From the human T2T-CHM13v2.0 reference genome, Homo sapiens, in the NCBI RefSeq assembly GCF_009914755.1, contig NC_060930.1: 64,000 nucleotides of DNA. One strand, given 5' to 3'. Shown piece by piece: positions 31,385 through 46,859 of the stretch. The notes beneath the pieces are model-generated. The model ran no database searches. It saw only the letters and a list, made by a program, of their open reading frames with translations, and was not told the DNA's origin. The first letter of the stretch is position 1. Each line of letters opens with the position of its first letter. Made by a program: the position numbers and the translations under genes.

Positions 31385-31640
31385 GAAATGAGGACCAGCT
31401 GAGTAGACCTAGCCCTTCATTGATCTCCAGAGATTTGGCTAATCTGGCTAGGCAGATATTCCTCATGCATTCTCATCCCTCCAGGTGCACCCTTCCCAAA
31501 GCAGTAAAAGAAAAAAAAAAAAAAATCAATGGAAGAGAATGACTTTCCCAGAGGGAGGAACTTTGCTTTCATTAGCTAAAGGCACAGCTGAGCTCTTGTT
31601 AGAACTTGCAATCAATATTTCAAGATTCATGGGCACAGAA
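31385..31640 (+). pseudogene. Decayed 7SK snRNA retrocopy (RN7SK pseudogene)
   Basis: Collinear matches to 7SK: CATTGATCTCCAG..GATTTGGCTAATCTGGCTAGGCAG, CTCCAGGTGCACCCTTCCCAAAGC, GAAGAGAATGACTTTCCC..AGGGAGGA, CAGCTGAGCTCTTGTTAGAAC. Confidence 0.85.
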
Positions 31641-31934
31641 CTACCTGATTATTCCTGCTTTAATCAATATCCTTTATTCTCAAGAATCCTCAACACTTCC
31701 CCCACTACCCTACCCCAGAAAAATGTACTAGCCTCTCAGTTTGGCCTTCAGCCCTTCCACAATTTGACTTCGATGAACAATCATTCCTAACTGACCTAGG
31801 ACTTTCTTTGAGCTTTACACATGTGTCAATATGACCAAAACTTTGCTCTTTTTCACACCTGCATCTTTTTCTCCCTTTCCTCCATCTAATTTTATATCCC
31901 ACTTACCCATTTTTAAAAGTTTATTTTTTTATTT

Positions 31935-32722
<788 letters not shown>

Positions 32723-35679
32723 ACTTTTTAAAATTTAACTTCAGTGCTGTATCCAGTATGTTCTTCCTGCTGACCACAGCCGGAAGTGATTCCTCCTTCA
32801 CTGAACTCCTCATAACCTGCAACTGTTTGTTGGTGAATTTTGTCTTCCTTGCTAAATTCAAGGATCATTTGTTCAACAGCCTTCTAACCACCATAATGCT
32901 GAATACACAGAAGGTACACATTTCTTATTCTAAGCCTCAATATTTTCAATTCTTACATCAATACGAGGCCCGAGTTTTTAAAAATAACTCTTCCAAATGA
33001 TTGTTTCTCATGCATTGGGAGGCAAAGATGTTAGAATTTTTTTAGAGAAAATGCCAGTGTAAATAAACTGTGTAAAAATATTTCACACAAGCCTATCAAT
33101 ATTACATAAATGCATGCTCCTGAGCACAATTGCCTAGTCTAATAATAACGTTTCCTCCTACTTAGCAAGATGTAAAGGTAACAGCCATATAGGATGGGAG
33201 AAAAGCTATCTAGCTATGTGAATGAAGCATCTCTTTCAAAGGGGACAAGCTTAATACCAAATTGACGTCTGAGCCCTTATTTAATTGCAGATATTTAATG
33301 TGGACCCTTAGAGTTAAGTGACACCTACAAGATCACTTTTTGATTTGGAAAAGTTCATGAAAGGATGGTCACGAAAGAGGCCATGTTCACCACACAGGTT
33401 GCTAAAATGGACAAAAAGCCCAATTCCAGATTCTAAGTCATGACCCACTTCCCAAAATATCAACAGAATTGACAGGTTATTGGCATTAACTTATTCCTTC
33501 GTGCATGAAAGCTTCATGAATTAATCAAAAGCAGCTTTAAATTTGCTTTTAGTTCAGGAGGTTTTTAAAACAGGCTATCAGACTAGGAAATTAGTGCTGT
33601 ACACTCGCTTTCCACAGCTCTTGAACATGAACATAAAATTAAATATACAAAGCTTGGGTAGAGGCAGTTTTGTGAATATCACCCATCGTAGGTCGACTAC
33701 TCAAAAAAGGCTGAAAAAGGACTTGACATCCTCTAGTGGTGATGTCTTAAACTTGTTTCCAAGGCAATTTTTTTTTTCCCAGCTCTTAACTTTGGCTGTT
33801 GGCAAGAAAAATATTATATTGGAAGAACTTTTCATCCTCAAGAAAAATAAATGTTTTCGCCACAAAGAATGTGATTTGACTAACTTTGAGAATATATACC
33901 CACAGAAATAGGGTTTTTAAATGTTGGGTTTATATAATAGCTTTCAATATGCTTAAGAACGGTCTCATTTCATAGGCCACACGCCACCACTGTCAATTCA
34001 TCTTTGATACACATATACACACACACACACTCACACATATAATTCTGAACACATTACAGGTATCATTTTTATAATAACCTGATATTCTCATCTAAAGTGC
34101 CCTAAAATTAGACCAGTCTTTGTATAGAGACCCAAAAACTAAGAGTTATTTAAGAGTGGACTCTACCTCATAATAATGAGTTCTAAAAAGAAATAAAATT
34201 AATCCCTCAAGAAATGTTGCCATTTAAGGTGGCAATTTTCAACTCTTGATGGTAATAGTTTCTCTGTCCACGGCCACCCACCACCACCACCCCCCCCCAC
34301 CCCCCCAACAATTCCATACAAACTTCTGATTGTTTAAAAAAATGAGACTTGCAGTATTTGGATGTGTATAATGTGAAATATGTTCACCAGAATGAAGTGC
34401 TAAATTAAAGTCTCATATTCAGATATAGGTCATGTGTTTTAAATATATGGAATAACTTAAGTTGTTGAAATTCAAACAATCTCACTTGTTCTCTCAAAAT
34501 AACTACCACCTAGATTCAAAAAAATACATTTACACCTTCCTTCTTTCTTTGGCACCTGCTGACACAAATGCTTCTGAACACTAAAAACATTAATAGTAAT
34601 CTTGGGGTAGAAAAATAGGAAAGAGATGCGGGGCCAGAATTAAGTTTTCAGTGAAATTATAAAGTATAATTATTCAAGACCATATATAAAAAATGTCCTT
34701 TGGAAAATGAAGTTTTTAGGCAAAAGTGTGGAAGAAATGTTTTCTATGAAGGAGATAACAGCCAATTTAACTCCCTTTTTAATAAAAGAAAATATTACAC
34801 TGACAGGCACATGGTTGATTTGTATATTAATTGTTGGAAGCACGGCCTATTCCTTAACATGCTCAGGCACTGAATATCCTACAGTTTGTAGTCAGTTCAC
34901 TTATGTCTGAACAAGTTGTTCACGTGCAGATTCTAGAAAGTTTATTTTTGAGCACAAACTAACACTTAGCTCGCTAGAACAATGTTGTTTCACATGCAGT
35001 TACTGGGTCAGGGTTAGGAACGAAAATCATGCCGTATATTTACAAATGAGGATGCTCCTCTCCCGGGGCCCTCACTTGGGGGAGCCCCGTCCCAGCGTCT
35101 AGCTCATCAAATTCCCGAAAGCAATTACAAAGGCATCTCTTCTCCACCCCAAAACAAAATAATGATCTACCAATCTTGCGAACACATTAAGACAAACTCC
35201 CTACAGGAAGGAGCATGACTTAAACAAGTTCAAGATACTTTGTCAGTCTTAACCTCAGGTATCTTGGCTGAAGGGATTAAATCATTAGACTTTACGTACC
35301 CAACCTCTTCCTAGCAATAGCAGATACATAATTTGCAAATACTGTTTCAGAGCTCTCTGGACCTTTCACGTTAAAATAAGCATACTTGATGGTGGGGAGA
35401 CAGTGATTCTTACATTTAGGAAACAAATGCTTCCGATTGTGACCGTATGGAAGTGGAAAACAGCTTGCAATTGGAGAGTCTAAGAATTGAATTTCTTTTT
35501 AAAGTAAGAAACTGCCTCACTGCCCCCATCCCCAAGTGTAGGAAGATATAGAAACAGCTTACTGGCCAAGAATAGAAGAGGGAACCAGTGGAGAGGGACG
35601 GATTTGCAAGATAGCCTCTGGAGAAAAAAAAATCACGAGGGAGAAAAATCGGCTTCATACTATGGAGAGATGGGCGGGG

Positions 35680-35728
35680 TTGGGAAGCCTTGCTGCTGGT
35701 CTTGGGAAGCCTTGCTGCTGGTCTTGGG
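35680..35728. repeat. Perfect 22-bp tandem duplication
   Basis: TTGGGAAGCCTTGCTGCTGGTC x2, followed by TTGGG. Confidence 0.95.
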
Positions 35729-35879
35729 GACGTGATCCCCTGTCCCTAAGTGTGCCCCTGGAGGTTGTGGGGGAGGGGTATCCTCAACACAGAGGCCTGA
35801 CCACCAAATCCCGGGCTGCAGAGCCAACAATCCTCCTTTGGGCTCCTGCACAGACTAAAAACAAAAAACTCTGAGAACT

Positions 35880-37200
35880 CCGACAAGTCAACGAAAGTCT
35901 GATCCCGTCAAGCCCGCACTCGCAAACCCCCACCGTGCTGCACTGGGCCCCGGCCCTCCCGAGCTCGGTCCCCTCGGACGACGGTCGTCGCCACTGCGGG
36001 CACCAGATTGGGGGGCGGGCCGCTCACCCCGCGGTCCTGCCCCACACCGACCCCGCTGAGGAGCCCCCGGCACCCGGGGCGACCAGGGAAGGCGGGAGGA
36101 GGTGCCCAGAAACTGCTCGTCCTGCCAGTCGCACCTGGCCGACGACTCTCTGGCCACTGGTTTGGTCTGGGGGATACGATTTCCCATTCAACTGAATTAG
36201 ACCCGAGGCCGCGGCGGGGAGGGCAGCGGCCGGGGTCTCTCCGTTTCCTCCCCCGGCTCGCCTCCACCTGTTGCGGGAAAGTCGCGGTGGAGCGCCCGAG
36301 GGCGGCCGCAACCCCGGCCGGGGCCGAGCCGGGCTGGCCGAGCCGCGGCGGCGAAGGGCGGGGGAAGGCGCTCTCGGAGCAGGGTGCGCGGCGCGCAGGG
36401 CCGGTTGTTCCGGGCCGCGGCCGCGCGGGCGGGGAGGGGGCTGCCGGCGCCGGGTGATTTCGGTGCCAGCCCGCCGGCCCCGCTCGCCGTCCCCTGCCCG
36501 ACGGGACCCCCACTATCCCCGCTGTGCGGTCACCTGTTTCGCTTCGCACTGCGCCGTCGCCGCCCCTGTGGCCGTCGCCGCCAGCTCCTAGCTCCGCCAT
36601 GGTGCTCCGATGACGCGCCCGGAGAGCCGCTCCGCCCTTTCCTCGGCTTGGCTCCCGCCGGCCCCCGCCTCCCAGGCCAGCGGCCCAGACAGGTGAGCGC
36701 AGTCCGGGGATGGCGGAGGGCGGGGACAGAGAGCGCGGCAGTCGGCTGCGGCCTGGGCCTGGCGCGCCCCCTCGCGGGCAGGTGCGGCGTGGCAGCCGCT
36801 CCGACCGCCGCTGCCGAGTCTCGGCTGGAAGAGCGGCGGGCGGAACCAGTACCTCAGTCCGGAGCTTCCGGTCGCCGCGGCCGACCAGCTGAGGGCTCCC
36901 GGAGATATGGAGCGGGGTCAGCGAGGCCTGGTGGCGCCTCCTGGAGTCTGGGACGAGCGGCGGTCCGAGGAGCAGCCCAGGTGGGGCGAGGGTACGGAGA
37001 CGCTATTTCCCTCCGAACTCTGAAGTAGCCAGGTCAGTGTCGGCTCCGCGAGGGCTGGAGTTCACGGTGACAGCCGGCAGAGCATCTGATGCCACGTGGA
37101 GAGGCGAAGTACATGGGTCGGATTCCACGCTGGGAGCCGGCCTGGATCTGCGCTTTAGGAAGCCACTGCGGGCGACCCTATCTTGTCGCCAGGACTTCGC
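35880..37200. promoter_or_regulatory. MAP7: CpG island: MAP7 main promoter
   Basis: Very GC- and CpG-rich ~1.3 kb, GC boxes, ETS-like CTTCCGG at ~36866, CACGTG at ~37093; contains the first coding exon. Confidence 0.93.
36534..36600 (-). CDS. MAP7: MAP7 (ensconsin / E-MAP-115) canonical first coding exon, MAELGAGGDGHRGGDGAVRSET
   Basis: Strong Kozak ACCATGG, 22 codons + 1 nt, donor CAG|GTGAC; N-terminus recognised. Confidence 0.96.
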
Positions 37201-38131
37201 ATCTGATGAGCCTCAGGGCACACAAGTTAGAGAGGCTTGTGCCGGCTGATGTGGCTTTTCTTTTTCTTAGTTTCCGTTTAGTAAACGACCTTGTGACTTC
37301 TGGCTTGCTCAGGAAGACCAGAAAAAAAGGCAATAGGTAACGAATTTTTCTTTTTTTAAAGAAACAGATTATTGGCCGAGGAAAAACCAATTTCGCTCTA
37401 AAGGATAAGCAACAAAATACTGAGGGGGGAAAAAGCCTACACAAATGGAAACATACGGCACAAAATCAAGGAGCGACCAGTTCCGCATGGTTACACTAAA
37501 ATGCACTGCACTCCCACTCTCTGGCTTGGCTGAAGATAACCAGCAAGCTCTGAACAGTTTAAAAGCCTTCCAAGGACTGCAGCAGCACTGGACACACAAG
37601 AGAGTCGAGAACAGTATTGGATTTATTGTTAGGGTTACAATTTTCACGATCTTTGCATGCAAAACTTGCCACTCTGAGCCCAGTGAACTATTTTTATTTG
37701 GTTTACTTACTGGCTTTCTGGATGACTAGGTAGAGCTTTAACTAAAGAACACTTCTGCTGTGGTCTGTGATGATGAATTTTCCCGTAGTGTCATTTCTAT
37801 AATGGAATAGGCAAACTGACCATTTAGAATGTGATATTCCTAAATCACATTCAAATCAGTCTTATCAGAGACTTCTAATCAATAAAAATAAAGCACCAGA
37901 TGGCTAGAGGTAGTTTTTGACCTCAGCTTGGGCCTCAGCAAAGATTTTTTGTGTTTTTTTTAACTACATTAAAACATCAGAGTTTAAGACACTTTTCTTT
38001 GAGCATCAGAAATACTCTCAGCTGAATTTAGAGTTGAACTATCCGGAAGAACCCTGGAGAAGGAGGGTGATTTATTTTCAACTTTCTGATTTACCACCGA
38101 CTTAAATCAACCAATGAGTTCTTTCTTTGAC

Positions 38132-38132
<1 letters not shown>

Positions 38133-38171
<39 letters not shown>
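38133..38171 (+). repeat. Poly(A) tract (~39 nt) with no attached Alu
   Basis: Read directly. Confidence 0.95.
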
Positions 38172-38173
<2 letters not shown>

Positions 38174-40344
38174 CAAGACTTGTGATGTTTCTATTTGTTT
38201 TGTTTTGTTTAGTTTGGTGTGTGCTTACTCATTGTCCCATTCTTTTGATAACCTGTATTTATCTGCCACAAGTTAAACAAAAATAAATGAAATAAGGAAC
38301 ACACCAAAATCCTGCACTTAGGCCCTGTATAGACAGTGTGTTCCAAACCTAAGGAGGTGTCTGCAACAGGGGAGGCTGCTGAGTGACTCTGCAGAGAACA
38401 GATGACATCTGTTAAATGTCAAACACCATCACGTCGTACTTCAAGTTGTACTTTACTTGGAACATGGAAGCCATCTGTCTGGAGCTCCCACATCCATTTC
38501 AAATCTTCAGGGTTCCCCATTCCAGGGGAGGAGCTGAACCTCCTGACACCGTCCACTTCCCTCCTGCCTCCTTCAAACATCATCCCTTTTTTCTCCCGAA
38601 TCCCTAAATGTTTCTGCACCCAAGGGCTCTACCCCAATAAACACAGCTAAGACTCTTTGATTCTTAAAATGTCTTCCTTTAACGTCCCACCCTCCAGAAT
38701 CTATTGTCGTATGTTTTGTTCACCAAAGGTAATAAAAATAAATGTGGATTTTGGTGCCGTTATTTTTCAAAAAAAGCTATATATTAATAGTTTTTCTTGC
38801 TTATGTATACAAATCAAATTACTTATTTTTAAATCCATCATTCCCCTAGAGTTTCTGCAGCACTTGATCCTCTAATCACCTTGCTCTTGGTCTACCATTG
38901 GCTTGGTTTTTCTCCTTCCTCTGTAGCAGTCCTTTCGTCTTTGTTGACTCAGATTCTTCCTCCCTTCTAATCCTCCAATATTTTTACCATCCCCTAATTG
39001 TAAACCACAGGCTTTTTATCTTTACTGTCTCTCACAGCCCTCATTTACTATTACTTCCATCCCGGATCCTGGTGACTCCCAACTCCAGAATATATACCCT
39101 TAACCTCACTCCTGACTTCCACTAATACATTCTGAATGGTCCCTGCACAATTCTATCAAGATACCCTGCTGTTAATTTAATATGTTCCAAACCACATTAA
39201 TCTTGCAATATACAATCACTTTACACATACCTCTCCCTTGCTCAAAAACCTTTAATAGATTCCCCGTTCCTATATAAGTAAATATTAACTTCACCTCCTC
39301 ACCATCACCACCACCACCCCCTAATTGGGCCCTGAGCTCTCTACTACCCATTTCCACTTTTCACCTCTGTAACTCATATTTCTAGCCCATGGAGTTGTTC
39401 ATTCTCCAGAACACCTTCCAAATCCCTGCTTTCTAGTCTTTGTGCTTGAAGCTGCTCTGCCCGAAGTGATGTCCTTCATCCTGACGTATTTAATAATACT
39501 TTCCCTTTGAGGCCCAGGTTAAGGTCTACTTCCTCCATGAAGCCTGTTCTTCCTGCCCTGGCTCCCAGCATGCCTGTCCTTTGGACCTGGCCAGGGCTTG
39601 CTGGGCTTGATACTTGTCCAGCTGTTAAAATAGACTAGGCATGAGTTATTGCAAATTTGCCTTCTCAATCTGATGCACATTTTTGGTAGTAGGGTCTTTG
39701 TCCTCTACTTCTCTACAGGGTGTCCATAAAGTCTAGAACTATCAGTTATTTTATTTGTTCACGAGTTGCAGATGTTCTTGATGACATCATGTGCACTGCC
39801 TGCATTCTGAACTTGGTAGGCATGGTATATATCTTTTGTGTTGCTACCGTGCCTCACACACAGTGGGCATTCAAATGGGTTAATAATTCCTCAATGCCAA
39901 GCTTTTTTATGTGGTGGCCTAGGGATGAACGAAACCAAGTATCCAATGACAGAAGAAAGAGATCAAAATGCAGTTAAAAGGAAACATTAGATCTACTTCT
40001 CCCAGCAAATTCCTGTTTTGTTTCTTTTATAACACTGCCACCACCCCTGCATTAACTGTTCTGTTTCAAACCATCTTTCCAGGCTCAGCTCTGCACCTTC
40101 ACTCCTCTGGAAAGCTTTCCTTGACCCCTTCTGACAGTAAATGTAACTATAGCACTGACTGCACCACTGTTGTTTCTGCTTTGTCTTGATTCCTTGACAA
40201 GAAACTTCAGGGGAAAGAACTGTATCTTGTTGGTGCACCACAATATGTAGTACCCAGTATTTAATAAATACTTTTGAATGAAGGATAAGTGATGGCAATA
40301 GCAAGCATATCTCAGTGTTTACTGTATGCTAAGCATTGTGCTGA

Positions 40345-40656
<312 letters not shown>

Positions 40657-41002
40657 TCCATTTTCTTATTTACATCTTATAGCAGACCTATGTGGAAGGT
40701 ACATCATTTCCTCCATTTCACAGATGAGGAAGCTGAGACTTGGAGAAACTAATTCAGTTGTTCCAGGTCACAAGTCAAGTTACAGTTTTGCTTCAGGCCT
40801 GGGTGTGTAGCCTCCTGCTACGCTAAACAAATGATGAACGTTAACCATCTTGCTATTCCCTCTATAGAAAGGGGCTCTCCATTTCCCTCTCTAGCTGTTA
40901 CCTGAAATAAGGAGGTGAAGCTTGATCATGTTAAAACACCTGTGAAACTAATTTTTAAAAAGGGTATCTGGGCCCAACCCCAGACCAGTAAAAACAGTTT
41001 TC

Positions 41003-41358
<356 letters not shown>

Positions 41359-41826
41359 TCATTTTAATGCGAAGCTGAGTTGAGAATCACTGGCCTAGAT
41401 TGATCCTAAAAGCGTTTCAAATGCAAACCTTTCCATAATGGAGTCTTCCATAATGGAACTGTCTTCTTTTGTGCCTGAGACCCAAAATTCTCACAAATGG
41501 CTAATGATGTTGGCCTGGGAGTGTGTTAGAACCCTGTAGGGACAGAGGATCATCTGCTCACAAAGACAGGGTAAGAGGAAGGTACCAAGGAAAGATTGTA
41601 TCCTTGAAGATTTGGTTTATGGTGGGTAGCTGGATCCTATATACAGTCAAAAGAAGCACTTCACCATTAGAATTGAGAAGATGAACTGTGGCTTAATAAA
41701 CGGCTTACTCTGTGTTTCAGTATGAGCCAAATGGCATATCATTGAATTTATACCTCACTTATTTCAGAATATCCACACAGGATACCAGAGGCAACTCTGT
41801 CCTCCAAATTAGGATGTTAAAAAAGA

Positions 41827-42110
<284 letters not shown>

Positions 42111-42412
42111 TCAATCAATCAGAAAACATTAGTGAGAATGTTTTCAAAATAAAGATGTCTTCTGCTTTGTCAAAGACTGTTGTTTATGAGTGAAATCATG
42201 ATATACAAACAGCTCTATGTTATTTTTATCCTGCCTAATAAACAGGTTCCTCTGTATTTAAGAAAATGTATTTCATTTATCCATCTAGGAGCATCAGACT
42301 TCCTTTGATCAATATGGGCAGGCTCATAAAAATATACTACTCAGCTTAAAATAAATAAAAATGTTTATCCAAATATAAGAAAATTAAGGAGACAGAAAAA
42401 TACAGTATTCTT

Positions 42413-42727
<315 letters not shown>

Positions 42728-42837
42728 TTAAGATGGTCTTTGCAGACCCCTTAAGATATACCATAGTTATCCAAGATAACTTGGGGCCTTGAGAAAAATA
42801 TACTGACTTTCCTTTATTCTTTTTTTTCTTCATCCTC

Positions 42838-43058
42838 TTTTTTTTTTTTTCTTTTTTTTTGGTGAGACAGGGTCTTACTCTGTTGCCCAAGCTGGAGTGC
42901 AATGGCACAATCATGGCTCACCGCAATCTCGACCTCCCGGGCTCAAGCGATCCTCTTGCCTCAGCCTCCCATGTAGCTAGGACCACAGGTGTACACCACC
43001 ATGCCTAGCTGAATTTTTGAGTTTTTGTAGAGGTGGGGTCTCACTTTGTTGCCCAGGC
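42838..43058 (-). mobile_element. AluJ, 5' truncated
   Basis: Reverse Alu with poly-T. Confidence 0.92.
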
Positions 43059-43237
43059 TTACCCTCTTTCTTAAACCTCTGTTCCTCTGAGGAACAACCT
43101 GAATGTCAGTTGTCTGACTGCTTGAATAGAAGACAGATTTTACTTAATGTTACAGCTGGAGAAATGACTGGAAATTTAACACAGCAGATTATCTAGTTTG
43201 TCAACACAAAATAAAAATTCTTTAGAATTTATCAAAA

Positions 43238-43951
43238 CAGTATGTTGAGAGTCTCTTTAATTTTTAGAGTAAATATGACACAATGGATAGCTTTAGAACA
43301 AGCTAACATTACTACAGTTCAAGCATGTGCAACTGGTACAGTTCAGTAGTACATAAACGACTCAAACAAATGTACGACAGGTCAGAAACTTAAGTTACAA
43401 AATAGAGTCAATATTACAATTAACACAGAGAAGTAAAAACCATTGCTCTCAGATTCTGCACACTTAAAAAAACATAAACTTTATACAGTAATTGAAATTA
43501 CGCATTTCTACTCAGATTATTAGAGCATATTACAAACACACAGAAGCCTAAACAGTTATGGTCACATTTTGGTTTTGTTCCAGTGGTGCACGATCACATG
43601 AAATGTTACATCCGTTTTGTGTGAAATAAACATTTGGCTGAAGTGCAATAGCTGCTGCATTAAAAATATTTCCATAAAAATGCTTAGATTAAAATCTTCC
43701 TGAACATTAGGGTTCTAATGTTCAGGATTATTTTAAGAGTCCTTATGAAGAGTCCTTAAAAATTATAGAAATAGATGTAGTTAGGAAATTTCAGTGTGTT
43801 TTGTCTGTTTTTTTTTTTTTTAACATGAGTAAACAAATACTGGATTTAAAGTGCAGCGCCTTTCTCCTCTCCCTTCGATTTTCCCACCCCCAAGAAGATC
43901 AGCTCTGTATTAATTTTTAGAATTTCCATCGAAGATTAGATTGAGCAACAG
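43238..43951 (-). other. MAP3K5: MAP3K5 3' UTR
   Basis: AT-rich, repeat-free stretch between the stop codon and the ATTAAA signal; cleavage site approximate. Confidence 0.85.
43256..43261 (-). terminator. MAP3K5: MAP3K5 polyadenylation signal ATTAAA
   Basis: TTTAAT on the plus strand, with a U/GU-rich element (TTTTTATTTTGTGTTG on minus) ~40-55 nt downstream. Confidence 0.75.
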
Positions 43952-44012
43952 TCAAGTCTGTTTGTTTCGAAAGTCAATGATAGCCTTCCACAGTGTGCAC
44001 AGCATCCCTCCC
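43952..44012 (-). CDS. MAP3K5: MAP3K5 (ASK1) last coding exon, GGMLCTLWKAIIDFRNKQT*
   Basis: Acceptor AAACAG|G, 1 nt + 20 codons ending TGA; recognised ASK1 C-terminus. Confidence 0.97.
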
Positions 44013-44290
44013 CTGTTTAAAGACACAAGAACATGGTGAAACGAACATTTCATTTGAAACATTGCCCTTGAAATAGAAAAGTGACTTCTTAGCTTTCATC
44101 TGCTCTGGTCAGAAGAAGATCCCAAAGTCTGATCAGTTATTATGTATTCTTTTTGTATATTTTTTCTCATCTTCCCTCCATTCCTTCCCTTTTCACTCCC
44201 ACAAACTGCTATGTCCCAAAACATCATTTTAGAGTTTCAGCATTTTTGAAATTTGTCTTTATAATGGTGGGTATAATAGTTTTATGCTTG

Positions 44291-44623
<333 letters not shown>

Positions 44624-44993
44624 TCAGATTATACCAGGTTTTTGGAGGGCAAGTCAGCACCTCCTCCAAATATTTATTGAGTATAACACCATCATGAACT
44701 CAATTAAAGCATTTGTTTAAGGCAGCTTCAGAATATCTGCATGGACTTAGTCTGCATCTTATTCAAAAAAATTCTTCCAGTTGATTTTCACTTACTAATA
44801 TAGAAATATTGGTTATTAGAGCCCTCAAAAATATCATTGTCCAACTAACTCAGTTTACTCAGAGCAGCTAAGAGCTAGAGAGCTCTGTCCAGAACTACAA
44901 AGCTAATTAGAGACCCAGCCTGGGAAGATACTCAGACTTTTTGATATTTGCCTGGTGCTCTTTCCATAGTGACAACAGAAAGAAAAGTGGTAC

Positions 44994-45070
44994 CTTAGTC
45001 TCAAGCATTTTAAGTCATCACGTGTAACATAGTAGAGAACATCCAATAGTGTATAATCTTCAGCCAAAAA
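44994..45070 (-). CDS. MAP3K5: MAP3K5 penultimate exon, FLAEDYTLLDVLYYVTRDDLKCLRL(R) (SAM domain)
   Basis: CTACAG|TTT...CTAAG|GTAC, 77 nt, phase 0 to 2. Confidence 0.97.
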
Positions 45071-45261
45071 CTGTAGAGAAAGTAGAATATGCACAAAAGA
45101 TGTTTTATATAACTTTAATAAAGCACAAACTCTATTCATAATGTAAACCTTGACTATAATTAAAAATGAATCTAAAAATGAAATCTACTAAAAACACAAT
45201 CTTCCAGGATTATTAGGGGAAAGGCCTCCCTGTTACTCAATAAATACAAAGAAATGCATCC

Positions 45262-45712
<451 letters not shown>

Positions 45713-45889
45713 TTAGAAGTTCAATGCTACATAGCTTTGTTTTTCCTCAAGTGGATAAAAAGTGTTCCTGGAAAGGTACTGCCTATGCTTAATTTCTGAA
45801 CTTATTTTTTCATGGTTAAGCAAAGGCACTTGACTGTAATTCACCATAAAAGCAGAGTCTTAATTTAAACTGCACCTTTATATTTTTAA

Positions 45890-46023
45890 ATTTTATTTAT
45901 TTTTTTATATATAGAGACAGTCTCACTATATTGACCAGCCTAATCTCCAACACGTGGCCTCAAGCAATCTGCCTATGCTTCCCAAAGTATTGGGATTACA
46001 GGCAGGAGCCACTGCACCTGGCC
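45890..46023 (-). mobile_element. Alu monomer (FLAM-like)
   Basis: Reverse left arm. Confidence 0.82.
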
Positions 46024-46392
46024 TCAAGCTTTTACTTTTAAACCAAATAAAAAGGGTGATTATTTAGTAGATTATCAATTACTATTCCTTAATTAGGATT
46101 TGAGCCTAAGTTAGAGGAATGTATATTCTGGAGTTGTTTAAATTTATTCAGCTGTAACTTGTTAAATGTAGATTTCTAAGGCGGCCCGAAATTCTACTTA
46201 GTTAATAAATTATCAAGTCAAAAGAAGAGATATCTTTATTCTTATTTATTTTTAAAATTTAAATATAAAACAAAACAATATTGTATTAAGAGGGTCTTTC
46301 TATCAAATATTACAATGTTTTAATGTATGCCTGTGTGTTCATATAATGAACATAAACAAATGCTATTCACGCTCATTACAAAAGTCTATAGG

Positions 46393-46691
46393 GGCTGGGC
46401 GCAGTGGCTCACACTTGTAATCTCAGCACTTTGGGAGGCTGAGGTGGGCAGATCACTTGAGGCCAGGGTTCGAGACCACCCTGGCCAATATGGTGAAACC
46501 CTGTTTCTACTAAAAGTACAAAAATTAGCCAGGCTTAGTGGCATATGCCTGTAATCCCAGCTACTTGAGAGGCTGAGGCAGGGAATCTCTCGAGCCTGGC
46601 AGGCAAAGATTGCAGTGAGCTGAGATCGCACCACAGCATTGCAGCCTGGGCGACAGAGTGAGATTGTGTCTCAAAAAACAAAATCAAAAAA
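46393..46691 (+). mobile_element. AluS
   Basis: TSD AAAAGTCTATA. Confidence 0.94.
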
Positions 46692-46859
46692 AGTCTATAC
46701 AGAGCAGAGAGGAATTAGATTATTACAGGTAAAATATGGTTTGTATAGAAAATATTTCTGAAATAAGTCGACCAGATTGATTTTATTAAGTAGCAATAAA
46801 ATAGCTGCTGCCCAGTGGAATCTAATAATGTTGAAAAAGAATTAAAAATTTAACAAACA

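Noticed and set aside
35908-36600. 230-aa ORF starting at the MAP7 ATG
   Set aside because: Only the first 22 codons are exonic; the rest is read-through of GC-rich intron past the donor at 36533
35888-37340. Overlapping ORFs in the CpG island (e.g. 36384-37028, 214 aa)
   Set aside because: Stop-poor GC-rich DNA giving Arg/Gly/Pro/Ala-rich translations with no recognisable domain
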